A stretch of 64,000 nt of DNA from Carpediemonas membranifera BICM (taxonomy: Eukaryota > Protista > Fornicata): the NCBI GenBank assembly GCA_019828565.1, contig JAHDYR010000012.1, positions 1,545,780-1,609,779 on the forward strand, read 5' to 3'. The position numbers and the translations under genes are program-made. Each line of letters begins with the position of its first letter. Within the stretch, counting starts at the first letter, position 1. Below, one piece after another: positions 35,937 through 44,274 of the stretch. The notes beneath the pieces are model-generated. The model did no database searches, was not told the DNA's origin, and saw only the letters and a list, made by a program, of their open reading frames with translations.

Positions 35937-36130
35937 CCAGGGTCGCCCAGAAGGCGCTGGGAGCTGAGATGCAGCGGCTGATCCCGAAGAGTGCCACTCG
36001 GAAGTAATCGGGCGAGAGGACGAGGATCAGCAGGCGGTTGAGGTATCCGCGAGCCGTGGTATCCGACGTGACACCGGCAGCAGCGCGAACTGCGGCCACG
36101 AGCCCGGCAGAGTAGCGCCCACTACCGTTC
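35937..36130 (-). pseudogene. Fragment of a fourth antisense accessory gene
   Basis: Manual translation NGSGRY..ARGYLNRLLILVLSPDYFRV..AFWATL aligns with B protein NGSNRY..ARRTLYRVAVLALAPDYYRL..THWAAL. Confidence 0.75.
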
Positions 36131-36149
36131 TGTAAGGTAAGGTAAGTAT

Positions 36150-38186
36150 TAGAAACTCTGCATAGGCGTCTGGTGTTACAAAGGCTGTCTTCGGGATGTC
36201 TTGTTCCGCCATCTTCATCTGGTAATAGCCTTGGCGCAAGTCTAAGCTGCCATAGAACTGTGCGCCCGCCGCCTCCCGCACATAGGTTCTGATGTCAGGC
36301 AACGGGTAGTGGTCAGGCTCTGTGATCTCGTTCAAAGCCTTGAAGTCGACACATAGACGTATCTTCTGCGAGCCTTTGTGCCCGCCGGTCACGACGACCA
36401 CTGGGGATGAGTGGGGGCCTCTGCTGTCTCGTATGAAGCCTTGTTCTCTCAGTCGGGCTACCTCGTCTGCCACAAGGTCCCTCTTCGTGTTGCCCAGCGG
36501 GCGTGCCTTAATCTGCACCAGTTTGCTTTCAACGAGCTCGATTGTCATCGGTTCCAGTTTCGAGCCTTCTGGCGGAAGATTTTCGTCAAAAACATCTTCG
36601 TAGTCCTTGACCAGTGCTCTGAGTTTCCCTTGGATCTCGCTCTTCGGGATATGGATTGAGGATATTCCTTCCTCGGCGACTGTGCTATTTCTAGCGGCAA
36701 TGGCGTTGAGTTCTTCTTCAATAACGCATAGGTATTCGTTGTTGGCAAGGAATTCGTCGTTTGCTTCCTCCTTGTTGGCACTCTTCTCGGAACGGAAAGA
36801 CATGTGGAACCCCTCGTTCGAGAGGAATCCCAGTGATCTGAGGTCCTTGGTACCCATAATAAGCTTCTCCTGCGTACCATCCAGCACGTAGAACCTGATC
36901 TTACAGACGATGTCCATCTTCTCGAGATGGGTAAATCGCACCGTCAAATCCACCGCTTCTTGCACCGTCACGAGACTGCCCTGCGCCAGCCTGACCAGGA
37001 ACTTGGCGCATCGCTTCGTAGGCACATGGTGCTTCTCAGACCGCAGTCTCGCTAACAGTCGTGAGGAAATGAAGGATCTCGACGCTCCAGTGTCAATCAT
37101 CAAGCGGTACTCCTGGCCATTTATCTCCACCTCCGTCATGAGGACCTCTTCTTCCTCGGCGGCGTTGGCTTCGACAGGCTGTCGCGGCTTGATTTCAGCG
37201 GTAGAGCGGAGGCGTCCGTTCTCGCGGGATCGACGTTGAGGGCAGTCGTTGTCGTAATGCTGCCCTTGGCAGAAGCGGCAGGGTCGAAAGGGCTTCTTGG
37301 TGGCCTTGGAGCTGGTCTCGCCCGGTGGGCGGGAGCCGACGGTCGTCGTCTTGTTGATCGTGGAGCTAGTGGGGGCGCTGTCAGGGGAGTCCGTGGTGGG
37401 CGTGTTCTCGTCTTCCACCGAAGCTACTATCTTAGCTAGTTTCATGAGCTCGTTGATGTTCTTCGGCTTGATGAGCGTTCTTTCGAGTTCGAGCTTCTTG
37501 TAGAACACCTTGGGTTTGAGGCGGTACATAAAGGCCTTACAGAGGACCTTGTCGAAGTGTTCCGCTCTCAGGGCGGCTAGCTCGCTGTCGGAGGCTGGTC
37601 TTTCTTGCTCCTTCTTGACAGCATTTCCTTCGTCGTCGAGGACGGCGACAGTCTCCTTCACGCGCCTCTGTAGCGGCGAGAGGGCGTGGTTAAGGGCCGT
37701 TTCACGGCAGGCAACCTCTTTCACGAGGTCGGTGTACTCAGAAAAGTCGGCGCAGTAGTTTCTCATGGCCGCTGAGCGATTGAGTCCCTTGCTAGTTAAA
37801 GGACAGTCAATTGCATCAACGGCGTCCTTCAAGGCTCCCAAGGACTTCGGGATAGCCTCACTGCGTAGGTAAGTAATCGTCTGCTCGAGGGAAAGCTCTT
37901 CAATGCTCTTCCCTTGATTAAACTCTTCAGCGGCGCGTTGGAGCGATTCAGGCAGAAGCACCCCAGGCGGGAAATCGGCGTTTTGTGCCACCCAAATGCG
38001 CGCGGCCCGTTTGAAGTCACGAATGGCCGGGAGAGTTATCTTTTTGGGATCAAGGCTCGGCACATCTACAGTAATGTTAACCATGCCCAGTCGTCCAGAA
38101 AGTGATCACTTTGTGTCGGAACTATTTAATAAGGTAAACCTGCTTGGTGGTAATAATGGCCACAACTATTCTGGAGCCCCACGACA
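36150..38186 (-). mobile_element. gag-pol: 3'-truncated Ty3/gypsy element E6 (putative ~75-bp 5' LTR at 38112-38186; gag-PR-RT from ATG 38084)
   Basis: CRFCQGQHYDNDC, IDTGAS, RLCVDFK, LDLRQGY, KTAFVTP; it breaks at a GTAAG repeat. Related to E2 (GHKGSQKIRLCVD). Confidence 0.88.
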
Positions 38187-40334
38187 CTCGACCAGTCATT
38201 TCTTATTTTGACATGATATATATTCACACCCGTGCGGTAAAGTATATTCCCCAGTGATACGATTTGGTCTTGATTTGTCTTGTCGACACCCATGGTGTTG
38301 TTACTCACGTTCGCGAGAACATTGGACCTATTCTGCACGACCAACCGAGATGAGAGATCGATTTTTCAGACGTAGCGGGGACGTGATGTCGGCCGAGAAA
38401 CTGCTGGGAATACCATCCACTGCGCCTCGGAGACTAGGAGTCGCCTGCTCTGTCGCACCCAGACGAGGGTCGAGTTGGGTCGACCGCGCATCGAGGCGGG
38501 CGGAGGGCGCCGGACCGCGCGCTACCGGAATACGTGGAGTGAGTATCGCTCTGCTGATTCCAGGAGCGCGCTGCCCGTTCGCGTCCGACTCGCCATTTGG
38601 GGGTCGAGTCACATCTCGGCCCCGAATGAACACCCCACACTAATGCTGCAAGGGAACAGTCAGAGCAAATCGATGTGCGGAGGGGAGGGACCAGGTGTGC
38701 GCGAGGGCAGGCCGGGAGGCTAGTCCTCTGGCGCACAGCGAAATCGGTCTGGGTCGGTCAGACCCATGTCAACCCAGACTCCATCACTCAAAATGGTGCG
38801 TGCATGCATGCTTTAGAGCCCAGCCCGATGCTATATCGGCCATCAATTTGGTTGACGAACTGTTCACCTGCCTTTCGAAATCCTCTCGAGACTGCGGGTC
38901 CGAAGCTGAGCGATGCCGTCACCTCGACTACAACCATCGAATCGCTGCCGCTCTGCCATAATGCTTGTATAGCCCTCTTACATCTGTATCCGGGCCATTA
39001 TCAGCGGGCGCACACTGGAAGTATGCGTTTGGAGTCGGCCCGATCTTCGATCTCGACGGACATCGAACATGACGAGTAGAGGTCGGAGAGGGCTGAAACT
39101 CACACCATTGCACTGTAGGAGAAGCTCATACAGGATGGCTGACCCATCTTAGTCTTTAAACTCCAAACCTTAATCTCTGGAGTCGTCGAAAATGACGACT
39201 CAGTTTGACTCAATTCACCCTCAGCCCGCACCCAATGGCGTAACCTCAGCTACTAAGCCTGGATATAGTGCGAGTGCCCCACTAACAGCCTTGGACGCAA
39301 CGTCTGCCGTCCTCGAGATGGTTGTGCAGAATACGCCATCTTTTTTCACACATCCCTTCGCGACCTCGAATAATCGCTCTCCAAGCACCTCTGCTGCTAT
39401 ATTTGTGCACGATGCTCATTTAATACGTCTAGATCACGATTCCTCACTCTCTTTCAGTTTCGGTCACTTCTTCGTGCCGAACTAAACAACATCAATCAGG
39501 TGCGCCGACGGGACCCTGGAGCGGCAACAAGGTAAGTCCGCCACCATCTAATGCTGTCAAAATCCTAGCTGTGCGCCACGGCGTCTTCGGACCCGGGGTA
39601 TTGCATTGGCCTCTGGCCCTTGCTGCACACCGGGACATCCGCGCCACCTTACACGGCGCGGAACCCGGCTTCTAGCTAGGAGCGCGCGGGCGGTGTGTGA
39701 CTGCCGCGCGGACATCAGATGGACCTAGGACAGTGAGCCTAGATGATACACTTGGACGACCCAGCAGCTGCTGGCGGTTGGCGAGTGTATGCGGGAGGGC
39801 AAGCCCGCGGCGTGGAGCCCTATCTGTGAGTCACACCATGGGAGGTCATTTTCGTCTAAAATTTCCATTTGCCAGAATTGCCCACGTGTGATGCGAGCCC
39901 GCTCTTGCCGCGCACAGTTGCACATTATTCATCGCTCAGCTATCCAAGCGTTGACCTGGCCTCAAGGGCAAGGAGTTACCACGGCGAGCATCACACCTTT
40001 CGTTGAAGTGTCAAGGGGTTGCGGAGGTCGACGGTGATGGAATACAGTTTATTTCGAAGAGACCTGTCGGTGTCACGAATGCGGTGTACTTGCGACTCCT
40101 CGGCGATGCGCAGCTGGGCTGTAGTTAAGGCCGAGAGTGCTATAGAACTTGTCTCCGGCCAGCCGACGCTGCGGTTCGGCTGGTTTCAATAGCAACGCCG
40201 CGCGATGGATGATTCAATGGTGCAGGTTGATGTGGGGTTGATATTGTGAGATTTGAGTGCGTCAACCGGGTGCGTCAGGATGAGCGACTGTGACCGAGTC
40301 GTCATTTCAACATAAACCACTCTCAAATCTCTTA

Positions 40335-41423
40335 ATGTCCTCCTCTTACCTGATTCTAGGTGGTTGCGGCTTTATTGGTCGCCATCTCATCAAGTATCTG
40401 CTCGATGAGAAGCTCGCCAGCAAGATTAAGGTCGCTGACAGGACTTTGCCCATGATGTGCAACATGCACGATTCCTATGAGGCGCTCTACGACAACGAGA
40501 TTGTTACATTCAAGCAGGCTGATCTTTCCCGCGCTGACCACATCGAGCGCGCTTTCGAAGACGGCCCCTTCGACTTCGTGATCAATCTCGCCGCTGAGAC
40601 GAAGCTGGGGCTCGCGGAGACCGAATACAAGGACAAGGTCCAAGGCCTCACCGTCAACGTTGCCAAGGCTGCCGCTGCTGCCGGCAGCAAGTTCATTGAG
40701 GTCTCTGACGCCCGCGTGCTCAAGCCGTCTAAGAAGCCCGCCCCCGAGGACGCCAGCAAGGACCCCACCACCAACCTCGCCAAGTTCAAGCTCGCGGCTG
40801 AAGCCGAGCTGACTCAGATCCCCGACCTCCAGTATGTTATCCTCCGCCCTGCCGTCGTCTACGGCCCCGGTGACCAGAACGGCGTCATTGCCTCCCGCCT
40901 CGTCTGCGCCGCAGTTTACAAGCACCTTGGCGAGAAGATGAAGTTCCTGTGGGACGGCAAGCTCGGAATCAACACGGTTCACGTCACCGACGTCGCCCGT
41001 GCCATCGTCCACGCATGCAAGGAGCTTCCCAGCGGGGCCGTGTACAACATCGCGGACAGCGGGTGCACCACCGCCGGCAGCATCAACGAGATCCTCGGCA
41101 ACATGTTCGGCATCAAGACGGGCTTTGTCTCCGCCGTCGAGAACACGGCCGCCAAGATGAAGCTCTCGATGGTCACCGGCATCGTCAACGACAAGCACCT
41201 CAAGCCCTGGGCCGAGCTGTGCAAGAAGGACGGTATCTTCGACACGCCGCTCTCCCCATTCCTCGACAAGGAGGTCCTTGGCAACAATCACCTCAACGTC
41301 GACGGCACCGCCATTACCGCCACCGGCTTCAAGTACCGTGTTACTCAGATGACGGAGGGCAAGCTGCGGCAGATGGTGAACGAGTACGTGGAGCAGGGCT
41401 TCTTCCCCAAGAGCGTGCTGTAA
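40335..41423 (+). CDS. NAD-dependent epimerase/dehydratase (extended SDR)
   Basis: GGCGFIG Rossmann motif, INLAA, LRPAVVYGPGD, VHVTDVA; strong codon bias. Confidence 0.92.
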   Translation: MSSSYLILGGCGFIGRHLIKYLLDEKLASKIKVADRTLPMMCNMHDSYEALYDNEIVTFKQADLSRADHIERAFEDGPFDFVINLAAETKLGLAETEYKDKVQGLTVNVAKAAAAAGSKFIEVSDARVLKPSKKPAPEDASKDPTTNLAKFKLAAEAELTQIPDLQYVILRPAVVYGPGDQNGVIASRLVCAAVYKHLGEKMKFLWDGKLGINTVHVTDVARAIVHACKELPSGAVYNIADSGCTTAGSINEILGNMFGIKTGFVSAVENTAAKMKLSMVTGIVNDKHLKPWAELCKKDGIFDTPLSPFLDKEVLGNNHLNVDGTAITATGFKYRVTQMTEGKLRQMVNEYVEQGFFPKSVL

Positions 41424-41461
41424 ATGTAAATGGTCTTTGTAAACATGGTTTAAATACGTAA

Positions 41462-42030
41462 ATGGAGGTAGGACTGGGGACGGCCCGGAGGAGCTCCAGA
41501 CTCTCGGCGATTGAAAAGTCCAGGAGGGCGCGTACCAGCCAAGAGAAGTGATCGGCCTGGGTCGCCAGAGTCTGAGCGCGAGTCAGAGTGACGTCCTATG
41601 ATGTGTTCGTCCAGCTGTCTGTTCGTCCGGCTTGTCGGGGCTGGACTTCGCCAGCTTGAAAGCGCGGCAGGCGTCTGTGGAGTGTGCTGTAAAGTGGAAT
41701 AAGCACTTGGGGCCTGAATATGGGGCGGGGGCTGGCGGAGGTCTCTTCGTGTTGACCACCGCGGGGTCAGTGCGCGGCGTGCCGCTCGACGCCTTGGAGC
41801 GGCGGGTGCAGACTAGTCGTGTCTCCAACACTTGGTCGCGGAAGCCTACGAGAGCAGCATGGGCTTCCTCGATGAACTTATCGATGGTGTCAGTCGACCT
41901 TGAAAGGCGGGTAGTCACCGCTTCACCCAGGAGGTAGGCTAACGTCTCAACGTTTGGAGCGTCCAGGCGCTCGACGAAGATTGTCTTTGACCAGCCCAGA
42001 ATGATGGCCTCGGGGTCTTTAAACTGCGTT
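41462..42030 (-). pseudogene. Degenerate gag(-protease) fragment
   Basis: KTIFVERL (MHR-like), CLFHFTAHSTDAC knuckle, and VRALLD downstream. Confidence 0.55.
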
Positions 42031-42046
42031 TGGATTTACGGTTTAT

Positions 42047-42718
42047 GTGGATAGCATGTATTGTTGTCGAAGCAACGCCGAACGGGTAAGAACCGAAGAA
42101 CAAGCTGCTAGGAACCAACGTTTGATGAATAGCGGTCTTGATCAGAAATTAGAGAAAATTGGAGCAGCCATCGATGCTATCGAGACAGCGAATTCGAAGC
42201 TGCTTGAAACGGGCGTCACGGAGACCCCGCTGCAGTTGAAAACTCAGCTTCGCAGCCTTGTTGTTCAAAAGGCTAACCTCATGATCGATCAGTTTTTGAA
42301 TGAAAGCAATGAGGATGCCCCTGATGAAGCAAGCAAATGGACCTTCGTCTCAAGGTGCACACCCAAACTCTACGTTCCCAAAGCCAAGACCGAGAAGACT
42401 GAGCGCGGATGTCGCTTCCATGCCGGTGCTACAGACCATTCAACCGAGCGTTGCGCCATTGTCCGCAGCCGGGACTTCCCACGCAACGTCAGCCAGACGA
42501 TCCTCGAGAAGCATGTCACGCTGTGCGGAAACAAGAACGTCACCCCCATGCCCGAAGTTGTAGAAGAGCTCGAACGCCGCAAAGAGAAGCGCGATGCGAC
42601 GCACCCAGACCCCATGGAAGCCGGGCAAGACAGACTTGCCGAGGTCGAAGAGGCGTTCACAGCTGAGGAGTACGGGTTTACATACGATACATACGATGAC
42701 GACGAGTGGTTCGATTAG
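42047..42718 (+). CDS. Gag-related hypothetical protein with CHHC knuckle
   Basis: CRFHAGATDHSTERC. DPMEAGQDRLAEVEEAF resembles DPLEEGKKRMDQLEEGM in the F gag. Confidence 0.45.
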   Translation: MDSMYCCRSNAERVRTEEQAARNQRLMNSGLDQKLEKIGAAIDAIETANSKLLETGVTETPLQLKTQLRSLVVQKANLMIDQFLNESNEDAPDEASKWTFVSRCTPKLYVPKAKTEKTERGCRFHAGATDHSTERCAIVRSRDFPRNVSQTILEKHVTLCGNKNVTPMPEVVEELERRKEKRDATHPDPMEAGQDRLAEVEEAFTAEEYGFTYDTYDDDEWFD

Positions 42719-43254
42719 GTCAGACTCGGGAATGCTCGGCCCTGTGGGGTTGGACGCCCAAGCCCGTCTACCTCTTACCGGCGGTAACCTCACAATCGAC
42801 TGAGCATGTAAAGCTTTACCAGCGCTCACCTGCATTCACCGCAGCATAAGAATGACACCGGGGCACGGGGCGAGCCATTGCCTGATTTGATGGCCGTGGC
42901 AGCGTGTCGCACTCGAGAAAGACCCCGCCCCGAACCGAAACGCACGGCCAAGACACCTCCGGGCTCTCTGGCTCTTCAGAGATTTTGTCACGGTCACAAC
43001 GGTGCTCCGGCTAGTGGCACTCACACCTGTACGCAGTATGCAGCTGGATGAATCTGCTTATGTGCCTCACGATGGGACGCCGGTTGTTACCAGCCTTTGC
43101 CAGAGCCTGTCGGCCGATTCCCGGTCCTCCTCCCTTGATAAACACCGACCGCCACCACCTGCGCATTCGATGTCACAAGGCCGTTGACCAACCCAGACTG
43201 TAGGGATCCGAATCAGGATCTGATCTGCGGAGCCATTCACCGTGCGGCAAGCTA

Positions 43255-43827
43255 ATGCTGTCTGCGTTGAGCTCTATTACTCCTCATAACGGTGCCCGTC
43301 TCTTTTCTCTCGCAGCGCCGTACCCGCTTGCTTTCTGCGGTGTCTCTGCGAGGATTCCCGCTTTCACACGCTCTTTCATGAGCACAAACACCATCGCTAG
43401 CGCCAATCCAGCCTTCTCGCGTTCTTTAAGCACTATTCTTTCTACGAGCCATCCTGCATTCGCTCGAGCCATCTCACAAACCGAGCCACAGCCGGAGGCG
43501 CCCTTCTCTTCCATCGCAGAGGCCTTCATGGACGGGCTAACAGCGTTCCTCGAGGACCACGACCCCGGATTCCAGCAGATCGACTACGACGAGGGCGAGC
43601 TCGCGGTCATTGTCCCCGATGACGTCGCCTTCACATTGAACCTCCAGACCCACAACCGCGAGTTGTTGCTGTCCTCCCCGATCAGCGGCTCCACGCACTA
43701 CAAGCTGCAGACATGCGGGGGCGTACCAGTTTGGGTGGACCCCAAGAGCGGCCGGGGACTAGTTGACGTGCTGCAGGCGGACCTGAGCGCCGCCCTCAAC
43801 ACGGAGTATCTTATCACCGTCGACTGA
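43255..43827 (+). CDS. FXN: Frataxin (CyaY family) with N-terminal organellar targeting presequence
   Basis: DYDEGELAV..FTLNLQTHNRELLLSSPISGSTHY..WV matches the frataxin motif NKQ.P..QIWLSSP.SGP.RY. N-terminus is MLS.., Ser/Ala/Arg-rich. Confidence 0.8.
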   Translation: MLSALSSITPHNGARLFSLAAPYPLAFCGVSARIPAFTRSFMSTNTIASANPAFSRSLSTILSTSHPAFARAISQTEPQPEAPFSSIAEAFMDGLTAFLEDHDPGFQQIDYDEGELAVIVPDDVAFTLNLQTHNRELLLSSPISGSTHYKLQTCGGVPVWVDPKSGRGLVDVLQADLSAALNTEYLITVD

Positions 43828-44274
43828 ATTTGTATCACTTTCCATTTACTGTGAATAAACTGTTTCGTGTCCGCAAGGGCTTGACTCGAGCTGGTGGAGG
43901 ATTCTTCCCAGGCCCACAGCAGAATGCCGAACTCGATACCTGGCGTGCATCAGATACTCTGCTGTGCGTCTGAGGCCTTGAGACTGATCTAAAGCGCGGA
44001 GAAATGACACGAGCACTTTTAGCCCCCTTGTTGTGCAGTGGTGGCCAACAGTAATTTTGCTGATTTTCACGCCACGCCGGCAAGTCTTGCGGCATGGGTA
44101 TCGACGTTTCCATAGGTAGGCTAAGGTAACTAGCTAGTGTGGCCAGAATAATGGAAGTGTGCAGTTTAACGACGAGGCAGATAGTTGTTGTGAACATGTC
44201 AAGCGTTTAACGATGACACGCTCACTTGTCAGACTCCGTCAAGTCAGTGACATCTCTACAGTGCTCACTTAACG

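Noticed and set aside
38200-40280. Numerous short ORFs
   Set aside because: No recognisable motifs or codon bias; probably decayed repeats.
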